This document shows, piece after piece, positions 1 through 10,007 of a stretch of DNA of 64,000 bases; within the stretch, counting starts at the first letter, position 1; the number at the start of each line of letters is the position of its first letter. The DNA comes from Deferribacterales bacterium (lineage in GTDB: Bacteria > Chrysiogenota > Deferribacteres > Deferribacterales > Geovibrionaceae): positions 128,001 to 192,000 of the forward strand of contig JBFWJS010000004.1 of NCBI GenBank assembly GCA_050253075.1. Reading direction: 5' to 3'. The notes under the pieces are model-generated. The model made no database searches. It worked only from the letters and a program-made list of their open reading frames with translations, and had not been told where the DNA came from. The position numbers were made by a program, and so were the translations under genes.

Positions 1-2064
1 GTTTGTCCACTCTGTATAAGCTGTGAAGAAATATTTGCCACCTGCTTTTACAAATGAAGCGTCAGCCGTAAGGGACGACATAGGTTTTTTATTAATATCA
101 GCCACCTGAACAGTTGCGGATGTTGTACCGTCTGTGATCCAAAGCTCAGAGCCGTGCTTGTCGTCATCTGCTCTGAAGAACAGCTTCGAACCTGCCGCTG
201 TCATATAATCCACACTGGAAGAGCCTGTATCGTCGTTTATATCCATAACCATGACAGTGCCTGCTTCTGTACCGTCGGACTTCCACAGCTCATGGCCGTG
301 CTCACCGTCATTGGCAGTAAAGAATACTTCATTGCCGAAAACAGTCAGATAGTAAGGCGAGGATTCATCTGTGGCATTAATGTTTTTCACCAGAGTGGCA
401 GACGCACCCTCAGCTTTATAAAGCTCGACATCGCCAGTGACAAAATCTGACCCGCTGAAGAAGAGCGTATCGCCTATCGTCACGAGATAATTAGCATAAA
501 GTACGCTGTTGTCAGATTCATCGAGAACCTCTGTGATGCTCGTACCGTCTATATAGTAAAGTTTCTCTGAGCCTCTCATATACAGCTTTGTGTCACCTGC
601 TGCCATAAAAGTTTTATTGTCGCAGTCGCCCAGATAGCCGAGGTCTGTGGCTGAGGTTCCGCTCACTTTTATCAGCTGGAAATTAGCCTCGAAATACAGA
701 TCACCCGCAAATGCTACCATTCCCTGTATCTCGGAAACAGAGGAATAGACCTTCTCAGTACCTGCACTTGTGCCGTCTGTCATCCATACGCCGTGACCTA
801 TGTTATCATTAGCCGTAAAATAGATATAATCACCGACGACTGTGAAAGAATAAGGAGTGCTTCCGCCTGTGCCCGGATAGATATCTTTAACCGGCACTGT
901 GCCTGCCTCTGTACCGTCTGATATCCACAGCTCATAACCGGCAGCATCTGTATATGCGCCAAAGATCAGCTTTCCGTCGTATGCCGCCATATCTGAGATA
1001 TATGTGGGGTTTCCGCCTTCGTTAATATCGGCGATCATGTATGTACCCGCCGTGGTGCCGTCTGTCGCCCAGAGTTCATAGCCGTATTCGGCTGTCAGAG
1101 CCAGAAAGTATACCTTCCCGCCTGAAGAGATAAAGTACGGACTGGATAAAGAAGATGAACTGCCTTCATAAATATCTTTCAGCATGAATGTGCCTGCATC
1201 TGTACCGTCTGAGACCCACGGCTCATAGCCATGTTCGCTGTCTCTTGCGCCAAATATGACCTTATCACCGAATGCTGCAAAATCCGCAACGGATGCACCA
1301 TATGTCGCTCCGTCGTCCAGATCTTTAAGGAAGCTGAATGTCCTTCCGTCCTGTGTTATCCACAGCTCTTTACCGTGCTCGGCATCATAGCCTGTGAAAA
1401 CCTTATATCTTTCCTCCGCTACGCCGTCGGGCTTCACACCCAGATCGACAATAGCATCATCCATGTGCTGCAGTGCATCCGCAGCAGAGACAAATACCAG
1501 ATGCTCAGGTAGATTTGCACGGAGGAAGTCCTCGAATCCGTCATCTTCAAAATTTATATCACGCAGAGGTGTCAGGTCGGCTTCGTTCGGTGTGATGCCG
1601 TTCGAAGGGTCTCCGTCACTGTCTATACTCTGCAGAAACTGGGCAAGCCTGAGTGCTGCCGTCTCGTTATCGGGATAAATTGTTCTAGGTGTGATGTAAC
1701 CCGCCGCCTGGCACGACCTAAGGGATATACCGCCTATGGAGAAAATTACGGTGTCGCCCGGGTTATAGTTGTAACGTCCCTGAGCGTCTGTAACGCCTGT
1801 CACGCCTGATGATGTCACATATGAGAGACCTGCCACTTCATTATCTATGAATACGCCCGTCTCGCTCCCTGTGACAGGCAGATCGCCTCCGTCACCGCCT
1901 GAATCACCCGAATCTCCGGAGTCACCGGAGCCGCCTGAATCTCCTGAACCGCCGTCGTCGACAACCGCCGTCCCGCTCGAATTCCCTGAACTTCCTAAGA
2001 AGTTACAGCCGTTTAAAACCATAGAAACCAATAGTAGTAATGTCAGTAATAATTTTTTAGACAT
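1..2064 (-). CDS. ELWxxDGT-repeat lipoprotein (3' end lies outside the window)
   Basis: Translated by hand because it is absent from the ORF track. It starts MSKKLLLTLLLLVSMVLNGC (lipobox) after a GAGGAG RBS, has a G/S/D-rich linker, then repeated ELWITQDG / EPWVSDGT / ELWATDGT / ELWISDGT motifs. Confidence 0.85.
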   Translation of the reverse strand, partial: MSKKLLLTLLLLVSMVLNGCNFLGSSGNSSGTAVVDDGGSGDSGGSGDSGDSGDSGGDGGDLPVTGSETGVFIDNEVAGLSYVTSSGVTGVTDAQGRYNYNPGDTVIFSIGGISLRSCQAAGYITPRTIYPDNETAALRLAQFLQSIDSDGDPSNGITPNEADLTPLRDINFEDDGFEDFLRANLPEHLVFVSAADALQHMDDAIVDLGVKPDGVAEERYKVFTGYDAEHGKELWITQDGRTFSFLKDLDDGATYGASVADFAAFGDKVIFGARDSEHGYEPWVSDGTDAGTFMLKDIYEGSSSSLSSPYFISSGGKVYFLALTAEYGYELWATDGTTAGTYMIADINEGGNPTYISDMAAYDGKLIFGAYTDAAGYELWISDGTEAGTVPVKDIYPGTGGSTPYSFTVVGDYIYFTANDNIGHGVWMTDGTSAGTEKVYSSVSEIQGMVAFAGDLYFEANFQLIKVSGTSATDLGYLGDCDNKTFMAAGDTKLYMRGSEKLYYIDGTSITEVLDESDNSVLYANYLVTIGDTLFFSGSDFVTGDVELYKAEGASATLVKNINATDESSPYYLTVFGNEVFFTANDGEHGHELWKSDGTEAGTVMVMDINDDTGSSSVDYMTAAGSKLFFRADDDKHGSELWITDGTTSATVQVADINKKPMSSLTADASFVKAGGKYFFTAYTEWTN

Positions 2065-2275
2065 GTTCTGCTCCTCATAAAATCTACACAATTTCATTAT
2101 ACTACATAACTCGAAATGCAATGGTGAATTATTCACAAATACGTGTAAAAATTTCACTCCTTCAGACAACATCGGCAAACGGGTTTTATTCAAACTATTT
2201 AACTCCACTGAACCCTTGAAAAAATCAGAAAAAATCGGCATAATGCCTGCCTAGCCTTTTTTGGAGGATATTATT

Positions 2276-2569
2276 GTGTCTGAGACAATTTCACTGAAAG
2301 ATGTTAAACACATCGCAACGCTGGCACGCCTCAATTTCGAGGAAGCAGAAGCGGAAAAGATAAAAGACGACCTGAACAGCATTCTGGGATACATGGACAA
2401 GCTGAACGAGCTGAATACGGATAACGTAGAGCCCACATCCCACACGCTGGACATATACACTGTCACCAGACCCGACGTGGCGAAGCCTTCCCTCTCGAAT
2501 GAAGAGGCGCTGGCAAACGCTCCGCTGGCTGAGGACGCCCACTTTAAAGTTCCGAAGGTGATCGAATGA
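2276..2569 (+). CDS. gatC: Asp/Glu-tRNA amidotransferase subunit C
   Basis: HIATLARL...FKVPKVIE; GTG start after GGAGG; overlaps the gatA start. Confidence 0.95.
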   Translation: MSETISLKDVKHIATLARLNFEEAEAEKIKDDLNSILGYMDKLNELNTDNVEPTSHTLDIYTVTRPDVAKPSLSNEEALANAPLAEDAHFKVPKVIE

Positions 2570-4023
2570 GTTTTATAAACCTTAGTCTGAAAGCTCTCAC
2601 GGCAGGGCTAAAAAATAAAGAATTCTCCAGCAGGGAACTCGTGCAGTTCTATCTGGACAGGATAGAGAAATACGACGGCGAAGTGCAGGCCTTCAACCAT
2701 GTGAATGAAAACGCCATTGCACAGGCTGATGCCGTCGATGCTAAAAGAGCAAAGGGCGAAGCACTCCCCGAATTCGCAGGTGTGCCTATCGCTCTGAAAG
2801 ACCTGCTCATCACAAAGGGTATGCCCACCACATGCAGCTCAAAGATACTCGAGGGCTTTAAGCCTCCGTTCAACGGCACAGCCGTAGGGCTCGTGGAGGA
2901 AGCAGGATTTATCAACCTCGGTAAGCTCTCAATGGACGAGTTCGCAATGGGTTCCTCAAACGAGACATCTGCATACGCTAAAACACGCAACCCGTGGGAC
3001 ACAGACAGAGTACCGGGCGGTTCATCGGGCGGTTCTGCCGCTGCCGTTGCTGCCGGTTTCGCACCTGTGACACTCGGCTCCGACACAGGCGGTTCCATCC
3101 GTCAGCCCGCATCACTCTGCGGTATCGTCGGCATGAAGCCCACATACGGACGTGTTTCCCGTTTCGGTCTCGTGGCTTTCGCATCTTCCCTCGACCAGAT
3201 CGGCCCGATGGGTAAATCAGCGGAAGACCTCGCATCCGTACTCTCCATCATAGGCGAGCACGACCCGAAGGACTCCACATCTGCAAAGATAGATAAGAAA
3301 GACTATAACGCTGAGTTCACAGGCGACGTTAAAGGGATGAAGATCGGTGTTCCGAAGGAATACTTCGCCGAGGGACTCTCCGCAGACGTTAAAGCCGCCG
3401 TGGACAGCGCAATCAAAAAATATACAGACCTCGGATGTGAGATGGTGGATATATCTCTGCCTCACACTGACTATGCTCTGGCAACATACTACATCCTCGC
3501 CACGGCAGAGGCATCGAGCAACCTCGGACGTTACGACGGCGTACGCTTTGGACGCAGAGCCGAGGCGGAGAACCTGCGTGACATGTATTTCAAATCACGC
3601 TCTGAGGGATTCGGCGACGAAGTAAAGCGCAGGATCATGCTCGGCACATATGTACTCTCAGCGGGATACTACGACGCATACTACATAAAGGCCCAAAAGG
3701 TGAGAACACTCATCAAGCAGGACTTCGTGGAAGCATTCAAGACAGTCGATGCGATCATCTGCCCAACATCGCCTACCACGGCTTTCAAAGCGGGTGAAAA
3801 GACATCAGATCCTATACAGATGTATCTCAGCGATATCTATACACTCTCCCTCAACCTCTTCGGAGGATGCGGGCTATCCGTTCCTTGCGGATTCGGAGAG
3901 GACGGCATGCCGATAGGCGTTCAGCTCATCGGTAACTATTTTGAAGAAGGGAAGATACTGAACCTTGCACACGCTTTCGAGCAGGAAGTGCAGATAAGCC
4001 GTATCTCCGAAAAACTTAAGTAG
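2566..4023 (+). CDS. gatA: Asp/Glu-tRNA amidotransferase subunit A
   Basis: Amidase signature GGSSGGSAAAVAA and SDTGGSIRQPA. Confidence 0.97.
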   Translation: MSFINLSLKALTAGLKNKEFSSRELVQFYLDRIEKYDGEVQAFNHVNENAIAQADAVDAKRAKGEALPEFAGVPIALKDLLITKGMPTTCSSKILEGFKPPFNGTAVGLVEEAGFINLGKLSMDEFAMGSSNETSAYAKTRNPWDTDRVPGGSSGGSAAAVAAGFAPVTLGSDTGGSIRQPASLCGIVGMKPTYGRVSRFGLVAFASSLDQIGPMGKSAEDLASVLSIIGEHDPKDSTSAKIDKKDYNAEFTGDVKGMKIGVPKEYFAEGLSADVKAAVDSAIKKYTDLGCEMVDISLPHTDYALATYYILATAEASSNLGRYDGVRFGRRAEAENLRDMYFKSRSEGFGDEVKRRIMLGTYVLSAGYYDAYYIKAQKVRTLIKQDFVEAFKTVDAIICPTSPTTAFKAGEKTSDPIQMYLSDIYTLSLNLFGGCGLSVPCGFGEDGMPIGVQLIGNYFEEGKILNLAHAFEQEVQISRISEKLK

Positions 4024-4032
4024 GTACTAAAT

Positions 4033-5457
4033 ATGAGCTATAAACCAGTCATAGGACTTGAAGTACACGTGCAGATGGCAACAGAATCAAAGATATTCTG
4101 CTCATGCTCTAATAAATTCGGATCAGACCCTAACACAAACGTATGCCCCGTATGCCTCGGTATGCCCGGCGTGCTCCCCGTGCTGAATGAAAAGGTCGTG
4201 GAGTTCACCACAAAGGCGGGACTCGCACTCAACTGCGAAATACGTGAGAAGTCAGTCTTCGCACGTAAGAACTACTTTTACCCCGACCTGCCGAAGGCTT
4301 ACCAGATATCCCAGTACGAACTGCCAATCTGTGAGAACGGATACATAGACATCGAGCTGGAAGACGGCACACAAAAGCGCATAGGTATCACACGTATCCA
4401 CATAGAGGAGGACGCAGGTAAACTAGTCCACTCGTCCGACGGCTCAGGCGTGGACCTTAACCGTACCGGTACGCCTCTGATGGAGATAGTGTCCGAGCCG
4501 GACATCCGCAGTGCAGAGGAAGCAAAGGCATACCTTCAGAAGTTGAAAACTATCCTTAAATACGTGGAGGTCTCCGACTGCAACATGGAGGAAGGCTCCA
4601 TGAGATGCGATGCGAACGTGTCACTTCGCAAAAGCGAAGAAGACCCATTCGGCACACGTGCAGAGATAAAGAACGTAAACTCTTTCAAAAACGTCGAAAG
4701 AGCTATCAAATATGAAGAAAAACGTCAGGCGAAAGTGCTCGACGAAGGCGGCACCATCGTACAGGAAACACGCCTCTTCAACGCCGACACAGGCGTTACT
4801 GCTTCCATGAGAGGCAAGGAAGACGCACACGACTACCGCTACTTCCCGGACCCTGACCTTGTGCCTCTAGTACTGGAAAGATCATTCATAGACAACATAA
4901 AGGTAAACCTGCCGGAGCTCCCTGTGGACAGAAAGGCACGCTTCATGAACGACCTTAAGCTGCCCGCCTACGATGCTGATTTCCTCACATCGGAGAAGAG
5001 CTACGCAGACTTTTTCGAAGAATGTTTAAAAGCGCACAACAACCCAAAGGGTATCAGCAACCTCATCATGACAGAGTTGATGCGCCACGTTAACGAAAAG
5101 CAGTGCGAGATATCCGAAGCAGGTATGTCGCCTGAATCACTCGCTGAGATAGTAGCCCTCCTTGATAAAGGCACCATCAGCGGAAACATCTCGAAAAAGC
5201 TTTTCGAAGAAGTGCTCGAAAGCGGAAAGAAACCTTCCGCTATAGTAGAAGAGAAAGGCATGTCTCAGAACTCCGACGAAGGCGAGCTCGAAAAGATCGT
5301 TCAGAAGATCATCGATGCAAACCCTGACGAGACAGAAAGATTCCGTGCGGGGGATAAAAAGCTCCAGGGATTCTTCATGGGACAGATAATGAGAGAATCA
5401 AAAGGGAAAGCAAACCCCGGCGTTGTCTCTCAGCTGCTGAATAAACTTATTAACTAA
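4033..5457 (+). CDS. gatB: Asp/Glu-tRNA amidotransferase subunit B
   Basis: [25 protein letters not shown] and [10 protein letters not shown] motifs. Confidence 0.97.
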   Translation: MSYKPVIGLEVHVQMATESKIFCSCSNKFGSDPNTNVCPVCLGMPGVLPVLNEKVVEFTTKAGLALNCEIREKSVFARKNYFYPDLPKAYQISQYELPICENGYIDIELEDGTQKRIGITRIHIEEDAGKLVHSSDGSGVDLNRTGTPLMEIVSEPDIRSAEEAKAYLQKLKTILKYVEVSDCNMEEGSMRCDANVSLRKSEEDPFGTRAEIKNVNSFKNVERAIKYEEKRQAKVLDEGGTIVQETRLFNADTGVTASMRGKEDAHDYRYFPDPDLVPLVLERSFIDNIKVNLPELPVDRKARFMNDLKLPAYDADFLTSEKSYADFFEECLKAHNNPKGISNLIMTELMRHVNEKQCEISEAGMSPESLAEIVALLDKGTISGNISKKLFEEVLESGKKPSAIVEEKGMSQNSDEGELEKIVQKIIDANPDETERFRAGDKKLQGFFMGQIMRESKGKANPGVVSQLLNKLIN

Positions 5458-5461
5458 ATTG

Positions 5462-5538
5462 GTCATTGCGAGGAGTTACTACGACGAAGCAATCTTCACC
5501 TGAGATTCTCACGTCGGCTAAAGTCTCCTCAGAATGAC
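5462..5538. repeat. REP-like palindromic element (GTCATTGCGAGG...CCTCAGAATGAC family)
   Basis: Terminal inverted repeats plus an internal stem; related copies at 14931, 44901, 46523, 47129, 47628 and 54410. Confidence 0.8.
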
Positions 5539-5570
5539 ATTAAGATATGCATATTACTGAGGGGGTCATT

Positions 5571-5978
5571 ATGTTAGAGAAGATAGACCATATCGGCATC
5601 GCCGTTAAATGCCTCGACGAGGCGACAGCTTTTTATAAAACAATGGGGATAGTGCCTTACCACTTTGAAGAGGTAGAGAGCCAGAAGGTTCGTGTTGCCT
5701 TCATCAAAATAGGCGAGTCGAACATAGAGCTCCTCGAGCCCACATCAGACGAAAGCCCCATAGCAAAGTTTATGGAGAAAAAAGGCGAAGGGATACACCA
5801 CATAGCGTATAGAGTGGAAGACATCTATAAAGCTCTGGAGATGCTGAAAGCCGACGGCATAAAGCTGATAAACGAAGAGCCAATGAACGGCGCACACGGC
5901 ATGAAGGTTGCATTCGTACACCCGAAAAGCGTGAACGGAGTGCTCACAGAGCTCTCTCAGCCAGGCGACGAACACTAA
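5571..5978 (+). CDS. mce: Methylmalonyl-CoA epimerase (VOC family)
   Basis: KIDHIGIAV, IELLEP, GEGIHHIAY, FVHPKS..GVLTEL motifs. Confidence 0.9.
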   Translation: MLEKIDHIGIAVKCLDEATAFYKTMGIVPYHFEEVESQKVRVAFIKIGESNIELLEPTSDESPIAKFMEKKGEGIHHIAYRVEDIYKALEMLKADGIKLINEEPMNGAHGMKVAFVHPKSVNGVLTELSQPGDEH

Positions 5979-6002
5979 TAGGATTTTATCGGAAGATATA
6001 TG

Positions 6003-6032
6003 AAAGGCACAGCTTTGGCTGTGCCTTTTTTT
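6003..6032. terminator. Bidirectional intrinsic terminator between convergent mce and glmS
   Basis: AAAGGCACAGC-tttg-GCTGTGCCTTT followed by a T run. Confidence 0.8.
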
Positions 6033-7854
6033 ATTCTACGGTAACTGATTTTGCGAGGTTTCTCGGCTGGTCTACATCCAGTCCGAGCAGATGCGCACAG
6101 TGGTAAGAGAATATCTGCGTAACCACCACGGCAGGGAAAACTGAAAGCTCTTCTATCACATCGGGTATCTCTATGACATGGTCACAGATACCTCTGAGCC
6201 CTTCGTCACCCTCTGTAACGACGGCGATAACTATGCCGTCTCTTGTCTTCACTTCCTCAACGTTTGAGACGACCTTTTCATAAACAGAAGACTTCGGACA
6301 AAGTATAAAAATAGGCAGAGTCTTATCTATCAGGGCGATAGGCCCGTGCTTCATCTCACCTGCGGGGTATCCCTCAGCGTGGATGTATGATATCTCTTTC
6401 AGCTTCAGCGCACCTTCGAGGGCAACGGGATAGTTTACGTTGCGACCCAGATAAAGGAAGTCTGAAGCATCTTTGAATTTCTTCGCCAGTGAGAGTATAT
6501 AGTCTTCCTGAGAGAGGACTTTTTCGATAGCTTCGGGGAGTTTCACCACTTCGCCGAGGTATCTGCCTATCTCGTCTTTTGAGAGCACTCCCCTCTCCTG
6601 TCCCATATAAAGGGCGAGGAGGAAAAGGCTGATCACCTGTGTGGTGAATGCTTTCGTGGATGCCACGCCTATCTCAGGCCCGGCATAAGTATATATCACA
6701 GCGTCGGAATCTCTCGGTATGGATGAGCCCACGGCATTACAGACGGAGAGCACTGTCGCGCCCATCTTTTTCGCCTTACGCAGAGCCATCAGCGTATCTG
6801 CTGTTTCGCCTGACTGGCTGATGCCGAGGAACAGTGTCTTGTCGTCTATCACTAGGTCTCTGTATCTGAACTCGGATGCTATGTCTACCTCTACGGGTAT
6901 CTTGGCGAGCTTTTCTATATAGAATTTAGCGATGAGCCCCGCATGCCAGCTTGTGCCGCATGCCACTATCACTATACGGTTTATCTTATCCATTACGGCG
7001 TCTATCTTTTCAAATTCGGCAAATGAGACGCTGCTGTCATCGAGGGAATATCTCCCCCTGATGGTGTTAATTACGGCTGTTGGCTGTTCGGCTATCTCTT
7101 TCTGCATGAAGTGGTTATAACCTGCTTTCTCAGCCATTACAGGGTTCCAGTCGATTACCTTTACCTCACGGTTGACAGGATTGTCGTTTATATCGAATAT
7201 CACAAAGCTGTCTTTGCTCAGCACTGCCATGTCGCCGTCTTCGAGGAAGACGAACCGGCGTGTGTATGACAGTACCGCAGGCACGTCGCTTGCGGCGAAC
7301 ATTTCACCCTCGCCTATACCGATAACGAGAGGGCTGTCCTTTCGTGCGATGACTATCTTATCAGGTTCATTTTCGGTGATAACACCTAGGGCATATGAGC
7401 CTATTATCTGTTTCAGTGTTTTCTGAACGGCTTTGACAATGTCGCCGTCGTAGTTTGATTTTAAAAGGTGTGCGACAACTTCCGTATCGGTCTCAGAACA
7501 GAATTTCGCACCCTGAGCGATGAGCATTCCTTTCAGCTCAAGGTAGTTCTCGATGATACCGTTGTGCACTATTGTCAGCCCTTCGGAGCTGTGCGGGTGT
7601 GCATTTTCAAAGGATGGCTTGCCGTGGGTCGCCCATCTGGTATGGCCAATGCCCGTGGTAGCGTTAAAAACTTTCTCTTTCAGTTTTTCACTGAGGTTTA
7701 TCAGCTTACCCACGCTGCGTTCCACAGCGATGGAGCCGCCTTCAAGCAGTGCGATGCCTGCCGAGTCGTATCCTCTGTATTCCAGTTTTGAGAGTCCGTT
7801 CATAAGTACGCCGGACGCTTTTCTCTCGCCTATATATCCTACTATTCCACACAT
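6031..7854 (-). CDS. glmS: Glutamine--fructose-6-phosphate transaminase
   Basis: MCGIVG N-terminus, GHTRWATHG, and PRNLAKSVTVE C-terminus. Confidence 0.98.
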   Translation of the reverse strand: MCGIVGYIGERKASGVLMNGLSKLEYRGYDSAGIALLEGGSIAVERSVGKLINLSEKLKEKVFNATTGIGHTRWATHGKPSFENAHPHSSEGLTIVHNGIIENYLELKGMLIAQGAKFCSETDTEVVAHLLKSNYDGDIVKAVQKTLKQIIGSYALGVITENEPDKIVIARKDSPLVIGIGEGEMFAASDVPAVLSYTRRFVFLEDGDMAVLSKDSFVIFDINDNPVNREVKVIDWNPVMAEKAGYNHFMQKEIAEQPTAVINTIRGRYSLDDSSVSFAEFEKIDAVMDKINRIVIVACGTSWHAGLIAKFYIEKLAKIPVEVDIASEFRYRDLVIDDKTLFLGISQSGETADTLMALRKAKKMGATVLSVCNAVGSSIPRDSDAVIYTYAGPEIGVASTKAFTTQVISLFLLALYMGQERGVLSKDEIGRYLGEVVKLPEAIEKVLSQEDYILSLAKKFKDASDFLYLGRNVNYPVALEGALKLKEISYIHAEGYPAGEMKHGPIALIDKTLPIFILCPKSSVYEKVVSNVEEVKTRDGIVIAVVTEGDEGLRGICDHVIEIPDVIEELSVFPAVVVTQIFSYHCAHLLGLDVDQPRNLAKSVTVE

Positions 7855-7868
7855 ACGGTCACCCTAAA

Positions 7869-8132
7869 TCATTCTTTTGTTCTGTATTCGAGTATCTTTA
7901 TAAACTTATCGACATCTTTCTTCGGGACAGAACCCTTTTCCGGCAGAATCACTATTTCAAGTTTCTTATAGTAATTCCACATATCCAGCTCGATAATGTC
8001 TCCGGTCTTCACCTTTGAGCTCGGCTTTGCCTGTCTGCCGTTAAGCAGGACAAATCCCTCGTCCGCCATTTCATTGGCAACGGTACGCCTTTTTATCAGC
8101 ATTAAGACCTTGAGGAGCTTATCAATACGCAT
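7869..8132 (-). CDS. S4-domain RNA-binding protein (Hsp15/YabO-like)
   Basis: MRIDKLLKV..LIKRRTVANEM...G.V.LNG..AKPSSKVK.GD motif. Confidence 0.85.
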   Translation of the reverse strand: MRIDKLLKVLMLIKRRTVANEMADEGFVLLNGRQAKPSSKVKTGDIIELDMWNYYKKLEIVILPEKGSVPKKDVDKFIKILEYRTKE

Positions 8133-9063
8133 ATTTTTTCTGGATAAGGATCTCTTTTCTGCTGTCGGCCAGCCAGTTGTCAAAGATCTCTTTTGAGCGT
8201 TCCTCGGTGAGAGCTCTCACAATGCTGTCCTTTTTTTCTTCGGGGAGTTCGTTTTTATTCTTAAAACCCTCGACATAAAACACACGGAATCCTCCGTCGC
8301 TGTCTTCGATAGGTTTTGCTATGCCTTTTTTGATGCCTGTGATGGCACTTCTGATGTCGTCATCGAGAAATGCGAGCTCTACCCATCCGAGGTAACCGCC
8401 GCTGTCGGCGTTGCCTGCTGTGGAGTATTTCATCGCTGCTTCTCTGAAGTCACCTGTCTTTTCAAAGTCTGCCATAGCTTCGTCCAGCTTTGCTTTGCTG
8501 TCTGTGGTGAGTATTCTCAGCTCGTATGTGTCGGAAAGTTCGAGCTCTGCCGTGTGTCCGTCCACATATTCCTGAATGTCCTGATCCGTGATGATGATCT
8601 TTGGTCTGAATACGGTGCTGACGAGCCTTGCTTTAAGGATGTCTACCTTGATGCTCCATTTATACTGCTCAAGTGTCTGGTTTGAAGCAGCGAGGAGTTC
8701 TCTCAGGCGGATCTCGTCGACGTTGTTCTTCTCCATGATCTCCTGCACTGCGCCGTCGACCTCTCTGTCTGAAACACGCACGCCCTCTTTGGCCGCTGCC
8801 TGTTCGATGACATAGTTGTCCAGCATCAGGTCGAGTGCACCGTTATAATATCTGGCGAGCTCTGTTTCCAGCTCATCGCCTTTGAATTTTTCATAAATGT
8901 ACTGCAGTCTCTTCGGGTTCATAGTTTCCAGCTCGTACTGAGTGATGATCTTCTCACCCACAACGGCATAGACCCTGTTTATGATCTCCGCATAAGAGCT
9001 AGTTGCTGTCAGAAACAGCAGTATCAGGATAGTTAATTTCAGATTTTTCAAATAAGCCATCAA
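8122..9063 (-). CDS. SurA-like periplasmic chaperone / parvulin PPIase
   Basis: Signal peptide, SurA N-terminal motif INRVYAVVG..IIT..EL, and GGYLGW rotamase motif. Confidence 0.8.
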   Translation of the reverse strand: MMAYLKNLKLTILILLFLTATSSYAEIINRVYAVVGEKIITQYELETMNPKRLQYIYEKFKGDELETELARYYNGALDLMLDNYVIEQAAAKEGVRVSDREVDGAVQEIMEKNNVDEIRLRELLAASNQTLEQYKWSIKVDILKARLVSTVFRPKIIITDQDIQEYVDGHTAELELSDTYELRILTTDSKAKLDEAMADFEKTGDFREAAMKYSTAGNADSGGYLGWVELAFLDDDIRSAITGIKKGIAKPIEDSDGGFRVFYVEGFKNKNELPEEKKDSIVRALTEERSKEIFDNWLADSRKEILIQKKYAY

Positions 9064-9955
9064 TATATTCCCTTACAATTTTTTCCTGTTTTAGGCCGTA
9101 AAGTTCGGCATAAAGTTTCTTTTTCAGAGTTTCAAAACCGATGTCGGACTTCTTCTGCACATCTATCAGCTTAAAGATGTGAAAGCCGTATTCAGATTTC
9201 AGAATTCCGCTGACCTGCCCTTTTTTAAGACTGAGCGCCTCTTTAAAGATATCAGGATATTCATTCACGTTTATAAAGCCGAGGTCTCCGCCGTTTTCCT
9301 TCTCTGGTGCTACGGAGAATTTCTCCGCCACTTCAGAGAACGGGATGCCCTGTTTGATCAGAGAGAGGGCATTTTGTGCGGCCTTTTCCTCATACACTAC
9401 TATATGCTGTATATGAGCCGAAACAACGGCGTTAAGTTCATTTTTTTTCTCTTCGTAAAATGCCTTAAGCTCTTCTTCGCTGATTACGATATCAGAGCCT
9501 GCGATCTGCTCCAGCAGCTTGCCTATCATAATGCGCTGACGGAGGAGTTTTTTGAGTGATTCAAAGTCGAGGTTGAGCTGTCTTTCAAATTCGCTCAGCA
9601 TCTTCTGCCCTTTGATGGTCTGGAAGGATTCGACTATCTCGTTAAATTTTGCCTCGTCTACATCAACATTCTCTTCCACAGCTTTCTGCAGGAGGAGCCT
9701 GTGTTCGATGAAGTCCTTTTTAAGTGTCTCCACTATCACAGGGTTTGATCTGGTCTCTATATCCATAACGGAGATAGTATATGCGATGAATGCCTCGTAG
9801 TCTGCCTTTGACACATTTTCACCGTTTACGATGACAAATGTATTCGCCGGGTCGTCCTTGCCGAGACCCTCTTTTTCATCATTTTTACCGGAAAAACATG
9901 ATGCGAGCGACAAGCTCAAAATAGTTATAATTAAAAGAATTAGATATTTTTTCAT
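8999..9955 (-). CDS. PpiC/PrsA-type peptidyl-prolyl isomerase lipoprotein
   Basis: Lipobox LASC, FSEVAEKFS, GGDLGF and SEYGFHIFKL motifs. Confidence 0.85.
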   Translation of the reverse strand: MKKYLILLIITILSLSLASCFSGKNDEKEGLGKDDPANTFVIVNGENVSKADYEAFIAYTISVMDIETRSNPVIVETLKKDFIEHRLLLQKAVEENVDVDEAKFNEIVESFQTIKGQKMLSEFERQLNLDFESLKKLLRQRIMIGKLLEQIAGSDIVISEEELKAFYEEKKNELNAVVSAHIQHIVVYEEKAAQNALSLIKQGIPFSEVAEKFSVAPEKENGGDLGFINVNEYPDIFKEALSLKKGQVSGILKSEYGFHIFKLIDVQKKSDIGFETLKKKLYAELYGLKQEKIVREYIDGLFEKSEINYPDTAVSDSN

Positions 9956-10007
9956 AGCGTATTAGAATACCTTAAACCTGTATATTTTTGCAATAGTCTT
10001 ATTGATA

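Noticed and set aside
1885..1960. Short 9-bp-like repeats
   Set aside because: They encode the Gly/Ser/Asp linker of the lipoprotein and are not an independent element.
7855..7868. glmS ribozyme
   Set aside because: Only 14 bp separate glmS from the upstream gene.
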